64,000 nucleotides of DNA, taken from contig JAGQJT010000002.1 in the NCBI GenBank assembly GCA_020430505.1, positions 27,343 to 91,342 on the forward strand, read 5' to 3'. Positions 54,201 to 63,905 of this stretch are shown in pieces; the stretch's first letter is position 1, and every line of letters begins with the position of its first letter. The position numbers and the translations under genes are program-made. The stretch comes from Nanobdellota archaeon (GTDB lineage Archaea; Nanobdellota; Nanobdellia; Pacearchaeales; GW2011-AR1). The notes beneath the pieces were generated by a model. That model saw only the letters and a program-made list of their open reading frames with translations, had not been told where the DNA came from and searched no databases.

Positions 54201-55678
54201 GATATAATATTCTTTTCGGAGGAAAGGCTGGACAAGGCCCGAATGTACTAACAAATCTTTTGGGAGATGCACTTGCAAAAAAAGGTTATTATGTATTTTA
54301 TTCTAGAGATTATCAAAGCTTGATTAGAGGGGGGCATAACTTCAATATGTTAACCTTTTCAGACAAACCAATTCACAGCAACGAATCCAAAATAGATATA
54401 ATTGTTGCGCTTGATGAAAATACTTTGAGAATTCACAAAGACAATCTTAAGAAAAATTGCATAATTCTTGGAGGCAAATATCCCAACATGCATTTTTCAG
54501 GAAACTTATTCAAAATCCTAGGGTTCGAATTTGAAGATTTGGATAGGGAATTAAAAGAATTGAAGAGGAAATACAAAGAGAATGTTGTTGAAGCAAAGAA
54601 AGGCTTTGAAGAAAAAAAATGTGAGATAGAATTAAAAAAAATTAAAGGAAATAAAGGCAAATTCTTGAGCGGAACACAAGGAATCGCTTTAGGAGCGGTG
54701 AAGTCCGGATTGGATATTTATTATGGGTATCCTATGACACCTTCAACGCCCATTTTGGGGGAACTTGCAGGGATGCAAGAAGAAAAAAATATTCTAGTTG
54801 TTGAAATAGAAAATGAAATTGGAGTTGCAAATGCGGGAATTGGATCTGCAATAACTGGCGCAAAAACGATGATTGGAACCTCTGGAGGAGGATTTGATTT
54901 AATGACCGAAAGTTTGAGTTTGATGGGAATTGCGGAAGTTCCAATGGTAATCTATTTGGCACAAAGAGCAGGCCCAAGTACAGGAGTCCCTACTTACAAT
55001 TCTCAAGGGGATTTAGATATTGCAAGACATGCTGGACATGGAGAATTCAATCGTGTGGTTCTTGCCCCAGGGGACCCTAGAGAGGCACAAGAGTTGACAA
55101 ACCAATGTTTCTATTTTTCGCAAAAACACAAAGTTCCTGCAATCGTTCTTTCAGACAAACATCTTGCAGAAAGTTATTACATACTTCCTCAAAAACCAAA
55201 GATAGTATCTGTTGGAAAGAATACAAAATGGAAAAGATATTCTAGTTATGAACAAGGACCTAATGGAAGTTCAACAGAAAAACCAGAATTGATAAACAGG
55301 AATGTTGAAAAAAGAATTAAAGTAGGGAAAGAGATAATAAAAGATTCTAAGAAGTTCCCTATGTATGAAATTTATGGAAAGAAAAATTCAAAAAACCTTG
55401 TTGTTTCTTGGGGCTCTACAAAAGGAGCAATATTAGATTCTATTGAAGATTTGAATTGCGCATTTTTACAAATAAAGTATATTGAACCTTTTCCTGATAT
55501 TGAAAAATTATTGAAAGGAAAAAATATAATCTTAATTGAAAATAATGCTACAGGTTTGCTCGGCAATTTAATTCGAGAGAAAACAGGAATTAAAATAGAA
55601 AAAAAGATTTTGAGATATGATGGAAGACCTTTTTTATCTGACGAATTAGAAAAAGATATTAGGGGGAATTTAAAGTGA
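54197..55678 (+). CDS. 2-oxoacid:ferredoxin oxidoreductase, fused gamma-alpha subunit
   Basis: N-terminal gamma-like FGGKAGQG; alpha-like GTQGIALGAVKSGLDIYYGYPMTPSTPI; 493 aa. Confidence 0.7.
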   Translation: MRYNILFGGKAGQGPNVLTNLLGDALAKKGYYVFYSRDYQSLIRGGHNFNMLTFSDKPIHSNESKIDIIVALDENTLRIHKDNLKKNCIILGGKYPNMHFSGNLFKILGFEFEDLDRELKELKRKYKENVVEAKKGFEEKKCEIELKKIKGNKGKFLSGTQGIALGAVKSGLDIYYGYPMTPSTPILGELAGMQEEKNILVVEIENEIGVANAGIGSAITGAKTMIGTSGGGFDLMTESLSLMGIAEVPMVIYLAQRAGPSTGVPTYNSQGDLDIARHAGHGEFNRVVLAPGDPREAQELTNQCFYFSQKHKVPAIVLSDKHLAESYYILPQKPKIVSVGKNTKWKRYSSYEQGPNGSSTEKPELINRNVEKRIKVGKEIIKDSKKFPMYEIYGKKNSKNLVVSWGSTKGAILDSIEDLNCAFLQIKYIEPFPDIEKLLKGKNIILIENNATGLLGNLIREKTGIKIEKKILRYDGRPFLSDELEKDIRGNLK

Positions 55679-56004
55679 AAGCCAAAATCCCTTCTAAATT
55701 TTTAACAACAAACTATAGAAAAGTTATGTGGAAAAATTATCTAAAGATAATAAAAAAAATAAGTAGAGTTATTCCAGTTTCTTCAGTTTATTTAGTAGGT
55801 AGTTTTTCTAGTAATAAAAAAAGGCCTGCAGATGTGGATTTGCTTATGTTAATAAAAACAAAAAATCAAATAAAAGAAAAATGGGCAATTGATTTGGAGA
55901 TTGTTCCAGATAATGAATTTGGAGAAGAAGCTTTAGAAGATATACAAAAATGGGTATATAAAAAATATGGAAAGAAAAACGCAGAGGTGTTAAAATTAAA
56001 ATGA
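55675..56004 (+). CDS. Nucleotidyltransferase (MNT-like) domain protein inserted between the OFOR subunits
   Basis: VYLVGSFSSNKKRPADVDLLMLIK is the GS-x(9-10)-DxD motif; possible GTG start at 55675, with an alternative ATG at 55726. Confidence 0.5.
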   Translation: MKAKIPSKFLTTNYRKVMWKNYLKIIKKISRVIPVSSVYLVGSFSSNKKRPADVDLLMLIKTKNQIKEKWAIDLEIVPDNEFGEEALEDIQKWVYKKYGKKNAEVLKLK

Positions 56005-56186
56005 ACTGGACAAAAAGGGACGTCTTTACTGATTTATTTTTAATAATGGGAATGGTTGTAATTGTGGTAGGATTCATACATTTAATAGGATTCCATCCTT
56101 GGGGAATAATTATAGCAGGATTCATCATCTTACAAATTGGAGTGATTAAGTTTTTCAATGAAAGAAAAAGAGGGAAGAAAAAATGA
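56001..56186 (+). CDS. Small two-TM membrane protein (61 aa)
   Basis: Two hydrophobic helices plus a basic tail; ATGA overlaps on both sides. Confidence 0.35.
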   Translation: MNWTKRDVFTDLFLIMGMVVIVVGFIHLIGFHPWGIIIAGFIILQIGVIKFFNERKRGKKK

Positions 56187-57031
56187 GTAAACCAAACATA
56201 GATACAGGTTCAATAAATACATGGTGCCCAGGATGTTTCAACTTTCAGATACTTGCAGGTTTTAGAAATTTTTTAGGAAAAGAAATAAAAACTGAAAAAC
56301 AAAGAGAGTCAATTGCTATGGTTGCAGGAGTTGGCTGTCATGCAAAGATATATGATTATGTAAATTTAAATGGAATAAACACAATACATGGAAGAGTTTT
56401 ACCAACATGTATGGGAATCAAAATTGGAAACCCTAATTTAACCGTTTATGGTTTTGCAGGAGATGGAGATGCATACTCTGAGGGAATAAGTCATTTGATT
56501 CATGCTGCAAGATATAATTTGGATGTGACTTTTATTGTTCATAACAATCAAGTTTTTGCATTGACTGTCGGTCAACCGACTTCAGTTACGGAAAAAGGGT
56601 ATAAAGAAAAAACAACCCCCGAAGGAGTTGTTCTTCCAACGCTAAACCCCATAAAATTAATGTTGTCAGCAAGAGCCGGTTTTGTGGCAAGAGTTTTTGC
56701 AGACGTGAAACAAATAGAATGGATTCTTAAAGAAGCAAAAAAGCATAAAGGATTCAAATTCATAGAGGTAATTCAACCTTGTGTTGTTTTTCATCCAGAT
56801 AAAGGATATAAAGAAAAAACATACATGTTGGACAGCAAAAATCATGATTCTTCAGATATTGACAAGGCTATGAAAAAAGCTTCAGAATGGGATTACGACG
56901 GAATAGATAAAAAAACAAAAATTCCTTTAGGAATATTTTACAAGGAAAAAAGAAAGACTTTCGAGGAACAGCATTGGCAATTACAAAAACTAATGAAAAA
57001 GAAAAAGTCTTGGAGAGACATTAAACGATAA
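56183..57031 (+). CDS. 2-oxoacid:ferredoxin oxidoreductase beta subunit (TPP-binding)
   Basis: N-terminal WCPGCFNF (normally WCPGCG); TPP motif GDGDAYSEG; 282 aa. Confidence 0.75.
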   Translation: MSKPNIDTGSINTWCPGCFNFQILAGFRNFLGKEIKTEKQRESIAMVAGVGCHAKIYDYVNLNGINTIHGRVLPTCMGIKIGNPNLTVYGFAGDGDAYSEGISHLIHAARYNLDVTFIVHNNQVFALTVGQPTSVTEKGYKEKTTPEGVVLPTLNPIKLMLSARAGFVARVFADVKQIEWILKEAKKHKGFKFIEVIQPCVVFHPDKGYKEKTYMLDSKNHDSSDIDKAMKKASEWDYDGIDKKTKIPLGIFYKEKRKTFEEQHWQLQKLMKKKKSWRDIKR

Positions 57032-57193
57032 TTATTCTTCAATTTTCTTCTTAGACTCTTCAAGAAATCTTTCTAATTCTTCAACCTTTGAATACAAAAA
57101 TTCAGAGAAAATTCTCTTTTCTTCCATTTAGATAATTATCAAACCACATATATAAATTTGTTGTTAGGAAAATTTTATAAGATAACTTATCCT

Positions 57194-58990
57194 ATGCGAA
57201 TAATGAAAATAAAAGATAAAAAGATCCATTTTAAAAAAAACTTTAAAGAATACTTTAAGATTGTTTCAAAGCACAAATGGCTTTATTCTTTAATGATTTT
57301 CACAGTTATCATAACTGAAATACTGTTTATTTCGGATAAATATCTTTACAAATGGTTGATTGATGATGCAGAAAAATTTATTGTTGGAACCCTTACACAG
57401 AATGCATTTTTGAACATAACAATTTTGATTGCTGGAATTTTCCTAGGAATTGTTTTGATTCGTAGTGCAATGTCTTGGTTAAATATGCATATGATTGCAG
57501 TTGTAGAACCAAAATTAATTTATGATTTAAAGAAAAAATATTTTTCCCACATCATTAGATTATCTCATCAGTTTCACTCCGAACATAAATCTGGAAAATT
57601 AATATCTAGATTGAATAGGGGAGCTGGAGCAATAGAAAGTCTTACAGATGTGTTTGTATTTCAAGCAGGTCCAGTCATAGTACAATTTATCTTTATATTC
57701 GCCTCAATAGCCATATTCTCTCTAAAACCTGCTTTGATTTTGGCTGCTACCATGCTTGTTTTTGTTTCATATAGTTTATATCTACAAAACAAACAAAAAA
57801 GAATCCAATTAGAATGGAACTCATCTAGAGATGCTGAAAGTGGATTCATTGCAGATGTTTTGACAAATGTGGAATCTGTAAAATACTTTGGAGCAGAAAA
57901 AAGAATTCTTTCAAGGTTTAAAAGATTTATTTTTAGATCAAAAATAAAAGGCAAAAAGTTTTGGGATACATTCTCCAAGATGAATTCAGGGCAACAATTG
58001 ATTATGGGAATTGGGACAGTTGCAATATTATATTTTCCTTTAATGGATTTTTTAAATGGAAAAATTACAATAGGAACGGTGGTTTTTATTTATTCACTTT
58101 ACGGAATGATTTCCGGGAATTTATTTAGATTAATGCATGGAATTAGGACATTTTATAGATCAATGGGAGACTTAGAAGATCTCTTTAGATATGGGGAAGT
58201 AAAAAACGAAATTAAAGACAAATCAAATGCAAAAGAAATTAAAATAGAAAAAGGAGAAATAGAATTTGAAAAGGTATATTTTGGATTTAAAGACAAAGAA
58301 AAGATATTCAATAATTTCAATCTAAAAATAAAACCGAACGAAAATGTTGCTCTGATAGGTCATTCTGGTTCTGGAAAGACAACCGTCGTAAAATTGCTGA
58401 ACAGACTTTATGAGGTAGATTCTGGTAGCATTAAAATAGATGGAAAAAACATTAAAGAATTTAAACAAGAATCGCTCAGAGGAGCTACTGGATTAGTTCC
58501 ACAAGAACCAATTTTATTCGATGACACAATTTATAATAATATTAAATTTTCAAGACCAAGTGCAAAAAGAGAAGAAGTAATGGCAGCTATGAAGTTTGCC
58601 CAGTTAGATAAACTTGTTGAAAAATTCCCAAAAAAAGAAAATACTATCGTGGGAGAAAGAGGAGTTAAACTCTCTGGGGGAGAAAAACAAAGAGTTTCAA
58701 TTGCTAGAGCAATTTTGGCAAATAGAAAAATTTTGGTTTTAGACGAAGCAACTTCCGCATTAGATTCTGCTACAGAACATGAAATTCAAAAAGACCTATT
58801 TAGACTTCTTGAAGGAAGAACTTCCTTGGTTATTGCCCATAGACTATCAACTATAATGAATTCTGATAGAATAATCGTGATGAAAGAAGGAAAAATCGTT
58901 GAACAAGGAAAACATTCTGAATTAATTAGAAAAAATGGGGAATACAAAAGATTATGGAATCTTCAGAAAGGGGGCTACATTGGAGGTTAG
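57194..58990 (+). CDS. ABC exporter, fused TMD-NBD (MsbA/MDR-like half transporter)
   Basis: ORF track starts at TTG 57158; ATG is at 57194. Six TM helices, Walker A GHSGSGKTT, signature LSGGEKQR, Walker B LVLDEATSALD. Confidence 0.8.
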   Translation: MRIMKIKDKKIHFKKNFKEYFKIVSKHKWLYSLMIFTVIITEILFISDKYLYKWLIDDAEKFIVGTLTQNAFLNITILIAGIFLGIVLIRSAMSWLNMHMIAVVEPKLIYDLKKKYFSHIIRLSHQFHSEHKSGKLISRLNRGAGAIESLTDVFVFQAGPVIVQFIFIFASIAIFSLKPALILAATMLVFVSYSLYLQNKQKRIQLEWNSSRDAESGFIADVLTNVESVKYFGAEKRILSRFKRFIFRSKIKGKKFWDTFSKMNSGQQLIMGIGTVAILYFPLMDFLNGKITIGTVVFIYSLYGMISGNLFRLMHGIRTFYRSMGDLEDLFRYGEVKNEIKDKSNAKEIKIEKGEIEFEKVYFGFKDKEKIFNNFNLKIKPNENVALIGHSGSGKTTVVKLLNRLYEVDSGSIKIDGKNIKEFKQESLRGATGLVPQEPILFDDTIYNNIKFSRPSAKREEVMAAMKFAQLDKLVEKFPKKENTIVGERGVKLSGGEKQRVSIARAILANRKILVLDEATSALDSATEHEIQKDLFRLLEGRTSLVIAHRLSTIMNSDRIIVMKEGKIVEQGKHSELIRKNGEYKRLWNLQKGGYIGG

Positions 58991-59024
58991 TTTAAATTTA
59001 TAAATTCTAAAAACATATATTTTT

Positions 59025-60356
59025 ATGGAAAGTTGGGTGATAGTAAATTTCTTCATTGCTCTTGCAATTGGTGCAATAATAGGTCTTGAACGAGAAATAA
59101 TCCATCAGAAATTCAAAACAAAAGATTTTGGAGGGGTGAGAAATTTTATCCTTATTGCTCTCTTTGGTTTTTTAATAACCTATTTTTCAATTTTTATTAC
59201 TGGCTCTCAAACAGTTTTGGTGATTGGCTTCATAAGTTTAATTGTTCTAATTACTTCAGCATATGTTGTTCTCGGAATGAAAGCCAAACGGTTTTCCACA
59301 ACTTCTGAAATTGCCGCATTAATTACTTTCGCCTTAGCTTGCTTTGTAGGGTCCACCCCAGATTATTCCCTTAGACTAATTGCAATAATTGCTACAGTGA
59401 TTGTAGCATCTTTGCTAGCATTCAAAGAAGGAATTCATAACTTTGCCAAGAGAATAGAAATGCATGAAGTTTTTGCAACAGTTAAAATGGCAATAATTAG
59501 TGTAATAATTTTACCTTTACTTCCAAATAAAAATTATACCTTACTACAAATTCCTTTGATAAATGAATTGTTTATCCCTGGATCAAAGTTTGCTTTTTTC
59601 TTGGCCCAATTAGATGTTTTCAATCCTTTCAAGATATGGTTAATTGTAGTTTTTATAACTGGACTTAGTTATATTGGATATTTGCTTGTTAGAATAATAG
59701 GAGAAAAGAAAGGACTTGGATTAACTGGTTTGATAGGAGGATTAGTTTCTAGTACAGCAGTAACTGTTTCAATGTCTAAAAAAAGCAAAGGAAAGAAAAA
59801 CATAAATGGATTTGCCCTTGCAATACTTCTTGCATCCTCTGTAATGTTCTTAAGAGTACTACTAGAAGTGCTCGTCGTTAATAGATCCATAATCGGAAGT
59901 TTGGCATTCCCATTGGGAATAATGGCAGTTGTTGGATTTGGAACTTCTATATTTCTTTTATTTCAAAAAGGAGACAGAGAAAATAAGAAAGAGTTATCAA
60001 TAAGAAATCCTTTCGAATTGAATACTGCAATAAAATTTGGATTATTTTTCCTTTTGATTTTAGTTTTATCTAAAACATTGTTTATTCTTTTAGGAGATGT
60101 GGGGATTTACCTAATAAGTATTTTCTCCGGTTTAGCAGATGTTGATGCAATAACAATAACGGTTTCCTCTTTGGCATCCTCTGGATTAATTACTTCAAAA
60201 GTTGCAGTTATTGCAATAACTCTTGGGGTTGCAACTAACACCCTTGTTAAAGCGGGAATCGTAAGAGTAATGGGAGAGAGAAGATTAGCCAAAAAAATAA
60301 TGTGGGTTTTTTCAATCATCCTAATTCTAGGAATTATTTTAGCTTTACTTGTTTAA
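59025..60356 (+). CDS. MgtC/SapB-DUF4010 family membrane protein
   Basis: N-terminal LAIGAIIGLEREI is the MgtC-family motif; about 12 TM helices; 443 aa. Confidence 0.65.
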   Translation: MESWVIVNFFIALAIGAIIGLEREIIHQKFKTKDFGGVRNFILIALFGFLITYFSIFITGSQTVLVIGFISLIVLITSAYVVLGMKAKRFSTTSEIAALITFALACFVGSTPDYSLRLIAIIATVIVASLLAFKEGIHNFAKRIEMHEVFATVKMAIISVIILPLLPNKNYTLLQIPLINELFIPGSKFAFFLAQLDVFNPFKIWLIVVFITGLSYIGYLLVRIIGEKKGLGLTGLIGGLVSSTAVTVSMSKKSKGKKNINGFALAILLASSVMFLRVLLEVLVVNRSIIGSLAFPLGIMAVVGFGTSIFLLFQKGDRENKKELSIRNPFELNTAIKFGLFFLLILVLSKTLFILLGDVGIYLISIFSGLADVDAITITVSSLASSGLITSKVAVIAITLGVATNTLVKAGIVRVMGERRLAKKIMWVFSIILILGIILALLV

Positions 60357-60866
60357 TTTCCAAACGAATAATTTTTCAAAGAATAATTTTTTTTCTGCAA
60401 TTTTTTTCTTTTTCCAATATTTCCAGTTAATCCCTTTTGTTAAGGAAGAAGTTAAAAGAAATATCTTTCCTTTTTTAGAAAGATATTTCTCCGCTTGATT
60501 CAAAAATTTATTGATTAACTCTGAACCTTTTTCTCCAGAAGTCGTCGCCAATTTAGATTCTTCATCTTCTCTTTTATCTTCAGGCAAATAAGGAGGATTA
60601 AAAATAATTAGATCAAATTTTCCTTCTACCTTAGAAAACAAATTTGAGACAGCACAATTAAATCCTTTCTTTAAGCAAAGTTTAACAGCATCTTTGTTTA
60701 TATCAACGCCAAAAATAGCTGTAACTCCCAATTCATTAAGAGTTTCCAATTGAATACCAGAACCAATTCCAATTTCTAAAACTTTTAATTTTTTATTTTT
60801 TATTTGCTTTTTTAAAGTCTCAGAGAGCAAATAAGAATCCTCTTCAGGCTCATAAATCAAAGACAT
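60345..60866 (-). CDS. Class I SAM methyltransferase, HemK/Mtq2-like (NPPY)
   Basis: ORF track starts at TTG 60875; ATG is at 60866. SAM-binding LEIGIGSG, then DLIIFNPPY = the (D/N)PPY motif of glutamine / N6-adenine methyltransferases; about 173 aa, as in archaeal Mtq2. Confidence 0.65.
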   Translation of the reverse strand: MSLIYEPEEDSYLLSETLKKQIKNKKLKVLEIGIGSGIQLETLNELGVTAIFGVDINKDAVKLCLKKGFNCAVSNLFSKVEGKFDLIIFNPPYLPEDKREDEESKLATTSGEKGSELINKFLNQAEKYLSKKGKIFLLTSSLTKGINWKYWKKKKIAEKKLFFEKLFVWKLNK

Positions 60867-60867
60867 T

Positions 60868-61416
60868 TTATCCAAAAATTCCGTTAAAAAAGTTAATCAA
60901 TTGTTCTTTAAACATGAAAACTGCTCCAAGTATAAGAACAAGAAACACTAGCAAAAGGATTAATATTATTGTAATGGGGTCTATTTTCTTTTTTGGTTTT
61001 TTGTCGGCTCCATAATTTGAAACTTTTTGTGCAGGAGTTGATTTCTTTAGAGGCATTAAAGGTTTTGGCCTCCTCATTGAATCCGGATCAATTTTTTTTA
61101 AACCAGGCCTTGTTACAAGAGAATTAGTCTCTGAAACTCCTGATTCTGACTTCATTGGAGAATCAAGTTTGTTTGATGTACTACTCGAGACAGTTTGAGA
61201 ATTTTTGATACTTTGTGCAACATTGTGAACCATCTCTCCTTCAGATTTTTCTATCAAATAATTTCTAGCAGCTTCTTCAATCTCTTGCTTAGCATAACCA
61301 GAATTATAAAAGCTCATCATTGCATCCTTAAGAGTTTCTCCTCTTTCAACCGCAGCCTTTAGTCCTCCCAAGATATCGTCATTAGAAGGATAGTAAGTGT
61401 CATCACCTTGTGCCAT
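60868..61416 (-). CDS. Hypothetical tail-anchored membrane protein
   Basis: 182 aa; soluble N-terminal domain, basic Pro/Lys-rich linker, single C-terminal TM helix. Confidence 0.4.
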   Translation of the reverse strand: MAQGDDTYYPSNDDILGGLKAAVERGETLKDAMMSFYNSGYAKQEIEEAARNYLIEKSEGEMVHNVAQSIKNSQTVSSSTSNKLDSPMKSESGVSETNSLVTRPGLKKIDPDSMRRPKPLMPLKKSTPAQKVSNYGADKKPKKKIDPITIILILLLVFLVLILGAVFMFKEQLINFFNGIFG

Positions 61417-61464
61417 ATTTAATTAAAGAAAGCTCCATTTAAAAATATTATACTTTTAGAAATT

Positions 61465-62802
61465 TTAATTGAGTTTCAAAACTTCTCCATTTAAAACAAG
61501 ATGAGAGGTCTTTCCAAGCTCAAAACCGAACTCTCTTGCTACTTCAATTAATGGTTTCTCCTGATCCCTATTGCCATGTGCAGGAATAACATGTTTTGGT
61601 TTTATGTAATTTAGTAATCTTTTTTTGTTTTCTTGGCTTCCATGACCATGAACATGAACATTTTTATACAAAACAACACCAAGACTTTCTAATTTTTTAT
61701 CTAACTTTGCTCTTGATGCTATATTTACTTCAGTAGGAATCACACTTGAAGAGAATATCAAACTGTCTCCAGAACGGAATTGAAAAGGAGTTTGCTCTCT
61801 AGAAATTCTCTCCAATATAGAACCTTCTTCTCCCTGGTGACCTGTACATACTACTAGGTATCTGCCCCTATCTTTGTTTACTTTGCTCAAGAAAGAATTT
61901 ATTTGCCTACGATATTTCATCATTTTTATATCTTTTCTAAAAGGACATTTCCCTATTTTTGTAGCACAATCTACATACTTTATTAAACTTCTTCCAAGAA
62001 AAACTATCTCTCTTTTTGTCTTTTTTGCCAGATTGACAATATTATTTAATCTCTCAATATGTGAAGAGAAAGTTGTTACAAAAAAAGCGGAATTTTTATC
62101 TTTTACTTTTGAAAAAGCCTCTTCAAGCATTTTTTTAGCATCCGTTTCTGTACCATTTGAAGTTTCCTTAGAAGCATATAAAGTATCCATCACTGCCGCA
62201 ATTACATTTTCACTTCCTAATTCTTTCAATCTCTTTTCATTTGTTTTTTCGCCAAAGGTAGGGGCATCATCAAACTTAGAATCTAAAGAGTAAAAGAATT
62301 TTCCTTCAGGCGTGCTCAAAGAGATTAATGAGCAGTCTAAGGTAGAATGGGTCGTATGGATAAATTCAATCTCACAATTTGTGCCTTTTATTTTTGAAAC
62401 TGAATTTGATTGAACTGTTTTAATGGGATTTGTTACATTTATTCCAACATCTGAAATCAAAGATTTAAAGACTGCTACTGTAAAAGGTGTTGCATATACT
62501 GGAACATTGGGGTATCGATGAATTAGGAAAGATAAACCCCCGACATGGTCCAAATGTGCGTGACTTATGAAAATAGCTTTAACCTTCTTTGTCCAACCCA
62601 ACTTATCTAAAACTCTATCATCCGGAACCCCTCCAACTCTTCTTAAACTACTAAGAGTATAATTCTGTTCGCCATGCTCTTGCAACTCTATAATTCCTGG
62701 CAAATAAAACCCACAGTCAAATATAAATACATCTTCTCCGACTTTTACTGCAGTCATATTTTTACCTACTTCTTCATAGCCTCCAACAGAACACATTTCC
62801 AT
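61465..62802 (-). CDS. aRNase J (metallo-beta-lactamase / beta-CASP 5'-3' exoribonuclease)
   Basis: ORF track starts at TTG 62814; ATG is at 62802. N-terminal SVGGYEEVGKNMTAV, HAHLDHVGG motif 2, beta-CASP motifs; about 445 aa and no KH domain. Confidence 0.75.
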   Translation of the reverse strand: MEMCSVGGYEEVGKNMTAVKVGEDVFIFDCGFYLPGIIELQEHGEQNYTLSSLRRVGGVPDDRVLDKLGWTKKVKAIFISHAHLDHVGGLSFLIHRYPNVPVYATPFTVAVFKSLISDVGINVTNPIKTVQSNSVSKIKGTNCEIEFIHTTHSTLDCSLISLSTPEGKFFYSLDSKFDDAPTFGEKTNEKRLKELGSENVIAAVMDTLYASKETSNGTETDAKKMLEEAFSKVKDKNSAFFVTTFSSHIERLNNIVNLAKKTKREIVFLGRSLIKYVDCATKIGKCPFRKDIKMMKYRRQINSFLSKVNKDRGRYLVVCTGHQGEEGSILERISREQTPFQFRSGDSLIFSSSVIPTEVNIASRAKLDKKLESLGVVLYKNVHVHGHGSQENKKRLLNYIKPKHVIPAHGNRDQEKPLIEVAREFGFELGKTSHLVLNGEVLKLN

Positions 62803-62858
62803 TTTACTTAACAAGAAAGAAAAAATAACTATAAAAAGGTTCTTCTATTAGAAAGGTT

Positions 62859-63137
62859 ATGAAAGCGCTCAAACCTTCAATGAGAGAAAAGAAAAGATAC
62901 CTTCTTGTTAGAGGAAACGATCTTGAGAAGGAAATTCAAAAATCCGTTAAAGATTTCATAGGAGTTCTTGGAATGTCAAAAGCTTCTCTAAATTTCATAA
63001 AAAAAAGTAAGGATAGCGCGATTATTTCTGTAAACCGAAAATCTCTTGATTATGTTAAAGCTAGCTTTGCTGTTTGGCCTTCTGAAATAAAAGTTGAAAG
63101 AGTTTCTGGTACTTTGAAAGGTTTGAAATCACAATAA
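62859..63137 (+). CDS. RNase P protein subunit Pop5 (Rpp14 homolog)
   Basis: MKALKPSMREKKRYLLV matches the conserved Pop5 N-terminus L-K-P-S/T-x-R-E-K-x-R-Y; size 92 aa; lies 768 nt upstream of psmA. Confidence 0.6.
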   Translation: MKALKPSMREKKRYLLVRGNDLEKEIQKSVKDFIGVLGMSKASLNFIKKSKDSAIISVNRKSLDYVKASFAVWPSEIKVERVSGTLKGLKSQ

Positions 63138-63168
63138 TTCTTATAAACCAAATTTCTATTAAGCATTT

Positions 63169-63528
63169 ATGGAAGACAATTGGTTTGAACACAATCTCCC
63201 AATAGAAGAAATAGAGAAAAAAGGATATAAAACTATAGGAAACCCCGGTTTATTTGTTTCTAATGGACCTTTGGATGTCAAGAATGAAAAAGAACTCAAA
63301 AGTCAATTAGAAAGATCGATAATTTTGGCGAATCCTGGAAGAGGATTTCCAATAGATAAAATCTTGCTGTATTCTAAATCTAACAAACTTCTTAAGGAAA
63401 AAAGGTACGAAAATGCTGGAATTGTGGAATCTGGCTCAAAAGTATTTGATGACCAATTTTTTTATATTACTTACGCATTATTAAAAGAACCTAGGGCAAA
63501 AATGCACCTTCTTTTGGAAAAGAGATAA
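63169..63528 (+). CDS. Hypothetical protein
   Basis: 119 aa; no motif recognised; lies between pop5 and psmA. Confidence 0.35.
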   Translation: MEDNWFEHNLPIEEIEKKGYKTIGNPGLFVSNGPLDVKNEKELKSQLERSIILANPGRGFPIDKILLYSKSNKLLKEKRYENAGIVESGSKVFDDQFFYITYALLKEPRAKMHLLLEKR

Positions 63529-63580
63529 TCACTCCAAAAATTATAATAATATTTAAAAAGAATTCTAAAGTTAGAAAAAA

Positions 63581-63808
63581 ATGCCTAAACTAGAGAATAT
63601 ATCGGAAATGGAATGCCCAATCTTGAATGAAGATAGAACTGATGAATCAACTGAAAAAAATGAAGGGCCAATAAATTATCATTTAAAGGTTCAAATATTT
63701 GAAAATCCTTTTGGGTACAAACTTCTTGCTTGCCCAGAAGAAAAAGATTATTCTTGTAAACTCAGAAACGGAAATGATTGCGTTTATAAAAAATTGTTGA
63801 AAGATTAA
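63581..63808 (+). CDS. Small Cys-containing hypothetical protein
   Basis: 75 aa; five Cys. Confidence 0.3.
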   Translation: MPKLENISEMECPILNEDRTDESTEKNEGPINYHLKVQIFENPFGYKLLACPEEKDYSCKLRNGNDCVYKKLLKD

Positions 63809-63905
63809 ATAAAGCACTCCGAAAAACTTATAAATTCCTTGTTTGTATAAATTTCGTACAGTGAGATTATAAATTAGAGAAATATTATCAAGTTCTCACA
63901 TTAAA

